This document shows positions 1 through 12,574 of a DNA stretch of 64,000 bases, piece by piece. The stretch's first letter is position 1. Every line of letters starts with the position of its first letter. The stretch lies in contig CAVTHK010000001.1 in NCBI GenBank assembly GCA_963734495.1, positions 384,001-448,000 of the forward strand. The letters run 5' to 3'. The notes below the pieces were generated by a model. It saw only the letters and a program-made list of their open reading frames with translations. It searched no databases and had not been told where the DNA came from. This stretch comes from an uncultured Spirochaetota bacterium. Its GTDB lineage: Bacteria > Spirochaetota > Spirochaetia > SZUA-6 > CAVTHK01. Position numbers and translations under genes: made by a program.

Positions 1-351
1 AGCCCGCTCGCCTCGGGCCTCCTCACCGGCAAGTACAGCAACGGGATCCCGGAGGACAGCCGGCTCGCGCGCATGGAGTGGCTGCGCAACCAGTTCAAGG
101 AGCGCGGCTGGCTCGAGAAGCAGGTGACCGAAAAGCTGCGCGCGCTCGAGCAGGTCGCCAGGGGTGTCGGCGCCTCCCTCGCGCAGCTCGCCGTCGCATG
201 GACGCTGAAGAACCCGAACGTGAGCACCGTGATCCTCGGCGCGAGCCGCGTCGAGCAGCTCGAAGAGAACCTCAAGGCCGCCGAGGTGAGGGACAGGCTC
301 GACGACTCGACGATGAAGAAGATCGAAGGGATCCTGCAGAACAAGCCCTGA
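1..351 (+). CDS. Aldo/keto reductase (Kv-beta/Tas-like), 5'-truncated by window edge
   Basis: Frame open from base 1: SPLASGLLTGKY...AQLAVAWTLKNPNVSTVILGASRVEQLEENL, typical AKR C-terminal motifs. Confidence 0.9.
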   Translation, partial: SPLASGLLTGKYSNGIPEDSRLARMEWLRNQFKERGWLEKQVTEKLRALEQVARGVGASLAQLAVAWTLKNPNVSTVILGASRVEQLEENLKAAEVRDRLDDSTMKKIEGILQNKP

Positions 352-449
352 GCGGGCATCCCTCCCGTTGGCACGCCGGGCGGCCCGCCGCGGGTCGCCC
401 GGCCCTCGCCCGCGCGAGCCTGAGCCGGCCGCGGCTGCCTTCTTCATTT

Positions 450-478
450 TTGACTCTTTGAGAGCCAACCCATATGAT
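450..478 (+). promoter_or_regulatory. Sigma70-like promoter, probably giving a leaderless transcript
   Basis: TTGACT(450-455)-17 nt-TATGAT(473-478); in-frame ATG at 486 lies 7 nt downstream. Confidence 0.65.
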
Positions 479-485
479 GGCGGGG

Positions 486-1202
486 ATGGGCGAAGGCTTC
501 GTGCGCTTCTATTTCAACTATGTCTACAACCCCGTCTACGATGTCACGACCGCCACGCTGAGCCGCTACCGTCTCCTTCAGGAGCGGTGCCTCGCGCGCC
601 TCGGGCTCCCCGGCGCCCAAAGGATGCTCTGCGTCGGGCTCGGCACGGGAAACGAGCTGGTCACGGTTCTCAGAGCGGCTCCCGGCCTGCCCGTGGTCGG
701 CATCGACCTCTCGCAATCCGCGCTTGCCCGCGCCAGGCGAAAGACTCGCGGGATCGGTCACCCGGAGCTCCGGGTCATGGACGCTCGCTCGCTCGACTTT
801 GCGAATGCCAGCTTCGACCGCGTCCTCTGCGTCCACGTGCTGGATTTCGTGGACCCCGTCGACACCGTCGTCGCCGAGATCATGCGGGTCCTCCGCCCCG
901 GCGGACGCTTCGTGCTGACGGTGCCATCGGACATCGAGGACGCGGCCATGGGCGGCGCGCTCTTCGGCGACCAGGTCCGCAGCAGCTTGCGCTCCGGCAA
1001 GAGCGCCATGCGGCTCGTCGCGGAGCTGCTCCTCCTGATCCCGGTGGGGCTGCTGTACCTGCCCCTCCTGTTCCGCCCGCGGCGAAAGGCGTACACCAGG
1101 CAGCAGGCGATCAGCCTCTTCGACGGGCATGACGTCGAAAGACTTGAAATTGAAGAAGAACGTACCTACCAGGACCTGATCCTGGCCGGCGCAAAGGGGT
1201 AG
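486..1202 (+). CDS. Class I SAM-dependent methyltransferase (PmtA/UbiE-like)
   Basis: Motif I LCVGLGTG, GIDLS, MDARSLDFANASFDRV, RVLRPGG; start moved from 474 to 486 on promoter position. Confidence 0.85.
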   Translation: MGEGFVRFYFNYVYNPVYDVTTATLSRYRLLQERCLARLGLPGAQRMLCVGLGTGNELVTVLRAAPGLPVVGIDLSQSALARARRKTRGIGHPELRVMDARSLDFANASFDRVLCVHVLDFVDPVDTVVAEIMRVLRPGGRFVLTVPSDIEDAAMGGALFGDQVRSSLRSGKSAMRLVAELLLLIPVGLLYLPLLFRPRRKAYTRQQAISLFDGHDVERLEIEEERTYQDLILAGAKG

Positions 1203-1282
1203 TCGGCCGACGAGGCCTCGTCGTGTCGGGGCCGGACAGAGGCCCGGCCCGATGCGGAGGCGAGCATGAAAAGGGGGTGCTG

Positions 1283-2868
1283 ATGCTTCCCGAGGATGCC
1301 CTCTTCGCGGGGCTCACCAACGAAGGGCGCTGGCAGCGCTACTGCGGGTTCCTCCATCTCAGCGTCGCGGAATTCCTCGAGATCCAGAACCGCCTCCTCG
1401 ACGACCAGATCCGGCGCGTGTCCGGGAGCCTGCTCGGCCGCAAGATTTTGGGCGATCGCCCGCCGCGGAACGCCGAGGAGTTCCGGGCGCGCGCGCCGCT
1501 CACCAGCTTCGACGACTACGACCCCTGGCTGAGCAACAGGGACGAGAGCGCGCTCGCCGCAAAACCCTGCGTGTGGTGCCACTCCTCGGGACGGGGAGGC
1601 CGCTTCAAATGGGTCCCGCACAGCGTCGAGGTGATGGACAACACGGCGCGCAACGTCTTCGCGGTCTGCGTCCTCGCCTCGGCCTCGGCGCGGGGTGAGA
1701 TCAACGTGGCGCCGGGGCTGCGTTTCCTCACGACGCTCGCGCCGTCGCCGTATACCTCGGGGATCATCTTCGACCATTTCGCGAAACGGTTCACCATCCG
1801 CCGCATCCCGCCTCCCGAATCCGTGGAGGATCTCCCCTTTCAGCAGCAGGTGGCGCGTGCGTTCGAGCTCGCGATGCGGGACGGCTTCGATGTGGCCGGC
1901 GCCATCGCAAGCATCCTCGTCAAGATGGGCCAGCAGATCGCCGGCGGCGCGGGCCGGATCTCGTGGAGGATGCTCCACCCGCGGACGCTGGCGCGCCTGG
2001 CGCGGGCGGCGCTGCGCGCCCGGCGCGAAGGCCGCCCCGTCTACCCGCGTGACCTGTGGACACCGAAAGGCATCCTCGCCTCCGGACTCGACATGGCCAT
2101 CTACCGCGAGGAGGTCAAGCGCTACTGGGGCGTGACGCCCTTCGACGCCTACGTCGCCACCGAATCGATGATCCTCGGGATGCACGCCTGGAACAAGAAG
2201 CACCTGACCCTGGTCCCGGACTCGGTCTTCCTCGAGTTCCTGCCGCTTCTCGAGAACGGCGACGCATCCGGACAGCCTCCCGTCCTTCTGGACCAGTTGG
2301 AGCGGGGCCGGCTCTACGAGGTCGTGATCACGCATTTCTACGGCATGCCCCTGCTGCGCTATCGGCTCGGCGACATCCTCCGGGTGACGAGCCTGCAGGA
2401 TGAGGAGACCGGAGTCGAGCTCCCGCAGTTCGAGGTGCAGCGCAAAGTCGGCGACGCGATCAACCTCGGAGGGCTCTGCGCCCTGGATGAGCGCGTCATC
2501 TGGTCGGCGATCGCGGCCACCGGACTCCAGTACGCGGACTGGTCGGCCTTCAAGGAGTACGACCAGACGCGCACGTTCTTGAGGCTGGTGATCGAGCTCA
2601 CTGAGGCCCGTCCGGCGGCTGAAGTCAGCGCCATGGTGGACGCGCAGCTCAAGGAAGTCGACGTCGACTATCGCGACGTCGAGCGCTACCTCGGTGAGAA
2701 GCCGATCCGCACGACGGTGCTGCCGCCGGGGGCGTTCGCCCGCTACACGGCGGAGATGGTCAGAGGCGGCGCGGACATCGCCCACCTCAAGCCCAACCGC
2801 ATCAACCCTCCCGCACAGGTTCTCGAACGGCTGCTCGGCGCCGCGGGGGTGGTGGAAAAGGAAAAGGG

Positions 2869-2872
<4 letters not shown>
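1283..2872 (+). CDS. GH3-family (auxin-responsive-like) acyl-acid amido synthetase, ANL superfamily
   Basis: PLTSFDDY, P-loop SSGRGGRFKWVP, YVATE, FLEFLPL, YEVVIT, LLRYRLGD; purine-rich AAGGGGG before ATG 1283. Confidence 0.85.
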
Positions 2873-5663
<2,791 letters not shown>

Positions 5664-5729
5664 AGCCGCCCGCGCGCGACCCCGGGCCGCGGGGCCCCGG
5701 GCCGCAGGGCCGCGGGGCCGCCGCTTCGC

Positions 5730-6959
5730 TCACGCGAGGAACAGCATGTAGACCAGCGTGTTGACCAGGGTGAGAGGGACCCCGATCCGCGCGAACTCGA
5801 GAAAGGTGAGCGTCTCGCCGCGCCGCTCGGCATTCTGGATGATGATCACGTTGCTGGCCGCCCCGAGGATGAAGAGGTTGCCCGCGATCGTGCTGCCCGC
5901 GGCCAGCGCGGTGAGCGCCTCGGGCGAGGCGCCCGCGTCGCGGAGCGCCGGCAGCAGCATGGCCACCAGCGGCACGTTGGAGACGAGCTGGCTCGCCCCG
6001 ACGCTGACCGCGAGGATCACGGGCACCCGGGTCAGGCCCGCCCCCGCCCGGCCGACGACTTCCTGGAAGAGCCCCGAGTCCCAGACGCTGCGCATGAGCA
6101 CGAACATCGCGGCAAAGAACACGAGCGTGCTCCAGTCCAGGTCGCGCACGAGGGCCCAGCGCCTGCGGCTGGCCAGCAGCAGGGGCGCGGCCGCCGCGAC
6201 GGCGACGGCGGCGAGCGGGAGGTCGAACGCCACGGGCAGGAACGCCAGCGCGATCTTCGCCGCGATGGCCGCGAGGGCGAGCCGCACCGACAGCCTGCAG
6301 AGGCGCGCGAGCGCCGGGTCGCGGATCGCGACGGCCTCGGTTTCCGCGGGCGCCGCTTCGACGCGGTAGAACAGCCGCAGCAGCAGCGCAGCCGCGGCGA
6401 GGTTCACCAGCGTCGGCAGCACCAGCCAGCGGGCGAACGTCACAAAGGGGTTCGGGATGCCGCCCGCGAGGGCGATCAACAGGTTCTGCGGATTGCCGAT
6501 CGGGCTGGGCACACTGCCGATCGTCACGGCGAAGGCGAGGGCGAGCAGAGCCATCTTCGGCGGGAGGCGCCGGGCGCGGGCGGCGGCCAGCACCACGGGA
6601 GTGCCCACGATCGCCACGGTGTCGTTCATCAGCAGGGCCGAAGCGCCCCCCATGACCAGCAGCACCACTACCATGACGGCGCCCGCGGAGCGGACGCGCG
6701 CGAACAGGCGCGCGGTCACGAACGCGAGATAGCCGCTTTCCTCCAGCGCCTGCCCCACGACGAACATGCCCGCGAGAAAGAGCATCACGTCCGGGTTGAT
6801 CGCGCGCAGCGCCGCAGCCGGGGCGATCTGGCCGGTGAGCAGCACCGCGGCCGCGCCCGCGAGCATCACCTGCCAGATGCGCAGGCGCAGGCGCCCGACC
6901 CGGCGGGCCGCGGTCAGCGCGATCACGATGCCGAGGACGGCGATGGGGACGGGCTTCAC
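5730..6959 (-). CDS. ArsB/NhaD/SLC13-like anion transporter
   Basis: Highly hydrophobic; SALLMNDT, SPIGNPQN, QLVSNVP, STIAGNL...GAASNVII motifs. Confidence 0.85.
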   Translation of the reverse strand: MKPVPIAVLGIVIALTAARRVGRLRLRIWQVMLAGAAAVLLTGQIAPAAALRAINPDVMLFLAGMFVVGQALEESGYLAFVTARLFARVRSAGAVMVVVLLVMGGASALLMNDTVAIVGTPVVLAAARARRLPPKMALLALAFAVTIGSVPSPIGNPQNLLIALAGGIPNPFVTFARWLVLPTLVNLAAAALLLRLFYRVEAAPAETEAVAIRDPALARLCRLSVRLALAAIAAKIALAFLPVAFDLPLAAVAVAAAAPLLLASRRRWALVRDLDWSTLVFFAAMFVLMRSVWDSGLFQEVVGRAGAGLTRVPVILAVSVGASQLVSNVPLVAMLLPALRDAGASPEALTALAAGSTIAGNLFILGAASNVIIIQNAERRGETLTFLEFARIGVPLTLVNTLVYMLFLA

Positions 6960-7017
6960 CTCGCGGCTTCTCGCGTCGGGGCCCGGGCTGTGACCCGCAT
7001 CGAGGCTCCGGGCATCC

Positions 7018-7578
7018 TCATGCGAACCAGCGGTTCCAGCTGATGACCTCCGCCGGTTCCTTGCGGGTCCGCGGGCTGTGCTCCTGCTCCTTGTGCTTGT
7101 CGCTCAGGTGATCCTCCGGGCCCGGGTAGCCGATGTTGATCAGCGTGAGAAGGATGTACTCCGGGGGGATGGCCAGGCTCTTCTTGATGGCCACCGCGTC
7201 GAATCCCGCGATCGGGTGCGCGATGAGCCCCTCGCGCGTGGTCTGCAGCATCAGGTTCATGCCTGCCATCCCCGCGCCGAAAAAGGCGTAGTCCCGGCCG
7301 TCGTCGCGGCGGCAGTCCAGGTCCACCTTGGTGAGGACGAGGATGATCAGCGGCGCTTTCTTCGCCCAGTAGTTGCCGCCCGACAGGCCCTCCTTGACGC
7401 GGCCGAGCGCCGGCTCTTCGCTCGCGACGACGAAGCGCCACGGCTGCATGTTCGCGCACGATGGCGCAAGAGTCGCGGCCGTGAGCATGCGCTCGATCAC
7501 GTCCGTCGGGACGCGACGCGTCCCGTCGATCGCTCGCAGGGCGCGTCGCTTCTCTATCTCGGGAACGAGGCTTTCCAT
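7018..7578 (-). CDS. Nitroreductase family protein
   Basis: RRALR, APSCANMQPWRFVV, GFD, IGYP; SD GAAGGAG before ATG 7578. Confidence 0.88.
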   Translation of the reverse strand: MESLVPEIEKRRALRAIDGTRRVPTDVIERMLTAATLAPSCANMQPWRFVVASEEPALGRVKEGLSGGNYWAKKAPLIILVLTKVDLDCRRDDGRDYAFFGAGMAGMNLMLQTTREGLIAHPIAGFDAVAIKKSLAIPPEYILLTLINIGYPGPEDHLSDKHKEQEHSPRTRKEPAEVISWNRWFA

Positions 7579-7643
7579 GATGGCTCCTTCACCACCGAGT
7601 ATGCCCCCGAGAGGGACGGGCGGGAAGCCCGTGGGGCGCTCCC

Positions 7644-8369
7644 TCAGGGGCCCAGGTCGTATTCGATCGCGTAGGAGAGCGGCTCGCGCAGCAGCAGCGC
7701 GTCGAGCAGCGGGATCTCGAAGCGCACGGTGCTCCCCTCGATGCGGCCGCCCTTCTGGGAGACGATGCGGCCGGGGACGCGCACGCTCACGTCGATGCGC
7801 GAGGAGCGCACCCACTTCGGAGCATCGTCGCCCACGGTGAACGCAAGGACGTCGTCGTACTCGCTCTCAGTGTACGGGTTCTTCTCCTGGGGCCCGAGCG
7901 AGTCGAAGAGCTGGTTGTCCGCTCCGGGGATCAGGGGTTTGATCCTGGCGTAGTTCGCGGCGTCGAGGTAGACGCGGAGCGTGCGCCGGCTGCCGTTGCG
8001 CTCCAGAGTCACGAGCGGCGGCCGGCCCGCGGCCGCCGGCTCGGCGCCGGCGAGCGCGGTGATGTCGGTGAGCGCCAGCGTCATCTCGAGGCGCTCCCGC
8101 GACGGGATCGCAAGACGGGTCACGGTCACGCCGGCGAACGAAGCCGCGCCCTTGCGGATCGCCTGCTCGTCGAAGATGCCGGAGCTTCCCTGCTTTACCC
8201 CCAGCGTCTTCGCGTCCTCGGCCATCGACGCGAGCCAGTCCGCGAACGCGGGCTGCAGGTCGACCCGGACCGCGACCGTGGCCGAGCCGTTGCTCGCCAG
8301 GTCCACGTCCTGTCGCACGGCGCACGAGGCGACCACGAGGCAGGCGAACGACAGAAGAAGGGGTCTCAC
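7644..8369 (-). CDS. Hypothetical lipoprotein
   Basis: Signal peptide with lipobox-like VASC; ends VPGRIVSQKGG...VRFEIPLLDALLLREPLSYAIEY; GTG start 8 nt after a -10 box. Confidence 0.65.
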   Translation of the reverse strand: MRPLLLSFACLVVASCAVRQDVDLASNGSATVAVRVDLQPAFADWLASMAEDAKTLGVKQGSSGIFDEQAIRKGAASFAGVTVTRLAIPSRERLEMTLALTDITALAGAEPAAAGRPPLVTLERNGSRRTLRVYLDAANYARIKPLIPGADNQLFDSLGPQEKNPYTESEYDDVLAFTVGDDAPKWVRSSRIDVSVRVPGRIVSQKGGRIEGSTVRFEIPLLDALLLREPLSYAIEYDLGP

Positions 8370-8443
8370 AGGAAAGGAAAGTAGCCCGCCGCGGCGCGCT
8401 CCGCAAGGAGCGTCAGGGAACGCCCGCCGGGGCCGCCCGCCGT

Positions 8444-9538
8444 TCAATCCCGCCGCCCCTCTCCCCGTGTCCCGAACTGCGCGAATATCGTCGCGAGGTC
8501 GATCGTGCCGACGACGCGTCCACGGCCGTCGACGACGGGGAGGAGGTTTTCGCCCGCCATCAGCATCGCCGAGAGCACCTCGTTCAGGTTCGCGTTGCGG
8601 TCCACGGCCACCGGCTGCGTGTCGCGTGTCGCGCGCCCGTCGCCGTTGCTGACCAGCCGCGATGCGAGGCGCCCCTCGCCGTCGACCAGGAGGGCGAGGC
8701 TCACGCCTGCCTCGGCGAGGCGCCCGGCGAGCGCGCCGTCGGTCTGCGCGGCCGGGGCCACGACGTAGCCTTCCGTCGCCGCGAAGTCGCGGGCCTTCTT
8801 CAAGGCGAGCGCCTTGAGGTTGCGGTCGCGGCCGAGGAGCTGCTCGACAAAGGAATCGGCGGGCCGCAGCAGCAGACGGGCGGCGCTGTCGTGCTGCACC
8901 AGCGCGCCGTCGCGCAGCACCGCGATCCTGTCGCCGAGCTTGATCGCCTCGTTGATGTCGTGCGTCACGAAGACGACCGTCTTGCGGATCCGCTCCTGCA
9001 CGTCGAGCAGCATGTCCTGCAGCCGCGCGCGGTTGATCGGGTCGATCGCGCCGAACGGCTCGTCCATCAGGAGAACATCGGGGTCCGCCGAGAGGGCGCG
9101 CGCGAGCCCGACCCGCTGCCGCTCGCCCCCGGAGAGCTCGTGCGGGTAGAGGGGGGCGAACCCGGGGTCGAGGGTCACGAGGTCGAGGACCTCGCGGACG
9201 CGGTCTTCCATGCGGCTGCGCGGCCACTTGAGGAGGCGCGGGACGACCGAGATGTTCTCGGCCACGGACAGGTGGGGGAACAGCCCGACGTCCTGGATGA
9301 CGTAGCCGATCCCCCTCCGCAGCGCGACGGGGTCGACGCCCGAGATCGAGCGGCCGTGGACCTTGACGTCGCCCGAATCCGGGGTGATGAGACGGTTGAT
9401 CATCTTGAGCGACGTGGTCTTCCCGCACCCCGAGGGACCGATGAGCACGGTGAGAGTCCCCGCCTCGATGCGGAGGCTGAGATTCGCCACCGCGACCCTG
9501 GCCCCGTACCGTTTGCTGACGTCGACGAGCTCGATCAC
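8444..9538 (-). CDS. Osmoprotectant ABC transporter ATP-binding subunit (YehX/OsmV-like) with CBS-like tail
   Basis: GPSGCGKT, IGYVIQ, LSGGERQR, LLMDEPFGAIDP, FVTHD. Confidence 0.9.
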   Translation of the reverse strand: MIELVDVSKRYGARVAVANLSLRIEAGTLTVLIGPSGCGKTTSLKMINRLITPDSGDVKVHGRSISGVDPVALRRGIGYVIQDVGLFPHLSVAENISVVPRLLKWPRSRMEDRVREVLDLVTLDPGFAPLYPHELSGGERQRVGLARALSADPDVLLMDEPFGAIDPINRARLQDMLLDVQERIRKTVVFVTHDINEAIKLGDRIAVLRDGALVQHDSAARLLLRPADSFVEQLLGRDRNLKALALKKARDFAATEGYVVAPAAQTDGALAGRLAEAGVSLALLVDGEGRLASRLVSNGDGRATRDTQPVAVDRNANLNEVLSAMLMAGENLLPVVDGRGRVVGTIDLATIFAQFGTRGEGRRD

Positions 9539-9628
9539 CCCATGCCCCGGCCCCGCCGGCGGCGGGGCGCACCCCTTGAATCTAACTCGTCGTCCGCCGG
9601 GAGGCCACACCAGGCCCGATTGCCGGAT

Positions 9629-9657
9629 TTGACTCGTGGCGGCCGCATCCATAACTT
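9629..9657 (+). promoter_or_regulatory. Putative sigma70 promoter for osmF operon
   Basis: TTGACT-17 nt-TAACTT upstream of SD GGAGG and ATG 9689. Confidence 0.5.
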
Positions 9658-9688
9658 CGTGGCAATTCTTATGCTGGAGGATAGGACG

Positions 9689-10639
9689 ATGAGGCGGAAA
9701 TTCGCGGGAACGATCCTGCTGCTGGTCCTCTCGCTGCCGGCGTCGCTCTGGGCGAGCGGCAGCAGTGAGTCGGCGGCCAAGGGGCCGATCACGGTGGGTT
9801 CGAAGATCGACACCGAGGGGGGCCTTCTCGGTGAGATGATCGTGCTGGTGCTGCGCGACAATGGTTTCCAGGTCGTGGACAAGGTGCAGCTCGGCACGAC
9901 GGACGTGGTGCGCAAGGCGATCATCGCGGGCGAGATCGACATCTACCCGGAGTACACCGGCAACGGCGGCTTCTTTTTCCAGGGCACCGACCCGCAGGTC
10001 TGGAAGGACCCGGAAAAGGCGTACGAGACCGTGAAGAAGCTGGACATGGACGCCAACAAGCTGGCGTGGCTCGCGCCGGCGAGCGCCAACAACACGTGGG
10101 CCGTGGCCGTGCGCAAGGACCTCTCCGACAGCGCCATGATCCGCACGTGGGATGACTTCTCGGCCTACCTCAAAAAGGGCGGCGTGATCAAGCTCGCCGC
10201 GAGCGAGGAGTTCGTCAACAGGCCGGACGCTCTGCCCGGCTTTGAGCAGGCGTACGGCTTTCACCTTTCCAAGGACCAGCTCCTCATCCTGGCGGGCGGG
10301 AACACCGCGACGACGATGAAGGCCGCCGCGGAAAAGACCGACGGCGTCAACGCCGCCATGACCTACGGCACCGACGGCCAGCTCCCCGCGCTCGGGCTCG
10401 TGGTGCTCGAGGACACCAAGCACGTCCAGCCGGTCTACCAGCCGGCGCCGCTCGTGCGCTCGGACGTCCTCGCGAAGTACAACGAAATTGAAGGCCTGCT
10501 CGCGCCCGTGTTCCGCAAGCTCGACCTGGTCACGCTGCAGCGGCTCAACTCCGCCATCGCCGTCGAAGGAAGGAGCGCCGCCGACGTGGCCAGGGAGTTC
10601 CTCACCGCGCAGGGCTTCCTCAAGAAGACCTCGATGTGA
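9689..10639 (+). CDS. osmF: Glycine betaine/osmoprotectant ABC substrate-binding protein (OsmF/YehZ-like)
   Basis: VGSKIDTEG, DIYPEYTGN, ANNTWA, YGTDG, QPVYQPAP. Confidence 0.88.
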   Translation: MRRKFAGTILLLVLSLPASLWASGSSESAAKGPITVGSKIDTEGGLLGEMIVLVLRDNGFQVVDKVQLGTTDVVRKAIIAGEIDIYPEYTGNGGFFFQGTDPQVWKDPEKAYETVKKLDMDANKLAWLAPASANNTWAVAVRKDLSDSAMIRTWDDFSAYLKKGGVIKLAASEEFVNRPDALPGFEQAYGFHLSKDQLLILAGGNTATTMKAAAEKTDGVNAAMTYGTDGQLPALGLVVLEDTKHVQPVYQPAPLVRSDVLAKYNEIEGLLAPVFRKLDLVTLQRLNSAIAVEGRSAADVAREFLTAQGFLKKTSM

Positions 10640-11805
10640 CGGGGGAGCGCAGCTGGGACCGCAGGGTGGCCCTCGGGGCTCTCTGCGGTCTGGCAGCCGC
10701 GGCGCTGCCCTGGCTCGCCCTCAAGCCCAACCGGGTCGTCCGCGGCACGGCGCTCGCCGCCTGGCAGGTGACCGGGCCGGCGGGCGTCGCGGTGTTCGTG
10801 CTGCTGTGGCTGCTCGCCCTGGCGCTCGCGGCACGCCCCTCGCGCCCGGCGCTCGCGCGCCTGCGGCCTGCCCTCATCGCCTTTGTCGCGGCGGCGGCGC
10901 CGCTGCTGCAGGTCTCGCTCGCGCTCGCGGGAGTCACGCCGCTCGCCGAGCCCGCGGCTCGCGTCTCCTTCGGCTCCGGCGTGTACGTCGCGATCGCCGG
11001 CTCCTACCTGATGCTGATCGGCACCCGGGAAGCGAAGGGGCAGCGGTGGGCCGGGGCTGCGCTCTGGCTCGCCGCCGCGGCGATGGCCGCCCTCGCGCTC
11101 ACGGGGAGGCTCGGGTCGCTCGCCGTGGTGCGCGAGCTCCGCGCGACCGGCGGCCGCTTCGGCGTCGAGCTCGTTAATCACCTCGCCCTGACCGCTGCGG
11201 CCGTCGTTGTCGCGGCCCTGATCGGGATCCCGCTGGGCGTCTGGGCCTACCGCAGCCGCGCGGCCTCCCGGGCGATCCTCTCCTCCGTCGACTCGGTTCA
11301 GACGATCCCCTCGCTGGCCCTCTTCGGCCTGATCATCGTGCCGATCGCGTGGCTTTCGTTCCGCTTTCCTGTGCTGCGCTCCCTCGGCGTCCGCGGGATC
11401 GGGGCCGCTCCCGCGCTCGTCGCGCTGACGCTCTACGCCCTGCTGCCGATCGTGCGCAACACGTACACGGGGCTCTCGGTCGTGCCGCGCTCCATCCTCG
11501 AGGCGGGCCGCGGTATGGGGATGAGCCGGCTGCAGCTCCTCACGCGGGTCGAGATGCCCCTCGCGCTCAGGCTCGTGCTGAGCGGGCTGCGCATCGCCGT
11601 CGTGCAGACCGTCGGCAACACGACGGTGGCGGCGCTCGTGGGCGCGGGCGGTTTTGGAGTCTTCGTGTTCCAGGGCCTCGGGCAGGCGGCCACGGACCTG
11701 GTGCTGCTGGGCGCGATCCCGGTGGTGCTCCTCGCGGCGGCGAGCGACCGGGCGCTCGCCGGGCTCATCGACCTGCTCGCCCCGCCGCAGGAGGCCCGCG
11801 CATGA
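10636..11805 (+). CDS. Osmoprotectant ABC permease (YehY-like)
   Basis: QTIPSLALFG, YALLPIVRNT, EAGRGMGMS; long N-terminal TM extension. Confidence 0.88.
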   Translation: MTGERSWDRRVALGALCGLAAAALPWLALKPNRVVRGTALAAWQVTGPAGVAVFVLLWLLALALAARPSRPALARLRPALIAFVAAAAPLLQVSLALAGVTPLAEPAARVSFGSGVYVAIAGSYLMLIGTREAKGQRWAGAALWLAAAAMAALALTGRLGSLAVVRELRATGGRFGVELVNHLALTAAAVVVAALIGIPLGVWAYRSRAASRAILSSVDSVQTIPSLALFGLIIVPIAWLSFRFPVLRSLGVRGIGAAPALVALTLYALLPIVRNTYTGLSVVPRSILEAGRGMGMSRLQLLTRVEMPLALRLVLSGLRIAVVQTVGNTTVAALVGAGGFGVFVFQGLGQAATDLVLLGAIPVVLLAAASDRALAGLIDLLAPPQEARA

Positions 11806-12563
11806 GCCTCATCGCCGCTCGCGCGCGGGGCGGCCGCCTCGCCGAGCTGCTGCCGGGGCTCCTCCTCCTCACGGCGACCTGCGGCCTCGCGCTGTTCGCT
11901 CCATTCTGGGACCTCGTCCTGCGCGTGCTTTTCCCGGGGGAGGCGCAGGTGCTCTACCCGAGGGCCCCGCTGACCGAGCTCGTCGGCGAGCACGCCCTCC
12001 TCGTCGGAATCTCGAGCGCCGTGGCCGCCGCGATCGGAATCCCGCTGGGCATCTGGGTGACCCGGCCGGGCGGCCGCGACTTCCGGCTCGCGGTCGATGA
12101 CCTGAGCTCGCTCGCGCAGGCCTTTCCGCCCGTGGCCGTTCTCGCGCTCGCGATCCCGGTCCTCGGCTTCGGCGCGCCGCCGACCCTGGTCGCCCTCACG
12201 CTGTTCAGCATCCTGCCGATCGTGCGCAACACGGTGCGGGGGCTCGAAGGCGTCCCCGAAAGCATCCGGGAGGCGGCGCGCGGCCTGGGGATGAGCCCCG
12301 GGCAGGTCCTGCGGCAGGTCGAGCTGCCGCTCGCGCTGCGGGTGATCCTCGCCGGCGTGCGGATCGCCGTGGTCGTGAACATCGGCACGGCCACCATCGG
12401 CGCGGTCGCGGGCGCCGGCGGGCTCGGCCGGCCCATCATCGCCGGGCTGACCAACCAGAAGCCGGCATACGTGCTCGAAGGCGCGATCGTGGCCGCGCTG
12501 TTCGCCTTTGCCATCGACTTCCTGCTCGCGCGCCTGGAGCGCCTCTTCGCGCCCCCGCGGTGA
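11802..12563 (+). CDS. Osmoprotectant ABC permease (YehW-like)
   Basis: QAFPPVAVLAL, EAARGLGMS, GAGGLG; ATGA overlap with upstream gene. Confidence 0.88.
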   Translation: MSLIAARARGGRLAELLPGLLLLTATCGLALFAPFWDLVLRVLFPGEAQVLYPRAPLTELVGEHALLVGISSAVAAAIGIPLGIWVTRPGGRDFRLAVDDLSSLAQAFPPVAVLALAIPVLGFGAPPTLVALTLFSILPIVRNTVRGLEGVPESIREAARGLGMSPGQVLRQVELPLALRVILAGVRIAVVVNIGTATIGAVAGAGGLGRPIIAGLTNQKPAYVLEGAIVAALFAFAIDFLLARLERLFAPPR

Positions 12564-12574
12564 GGTCCCCGCGC

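Noticed and set aside
5664-5729. GGGCCGC repeats between convergent genes
   Set aside because: Short GC-rich palindromic spacer, plausibly a terminator, but too low in complexity to support a specific call.
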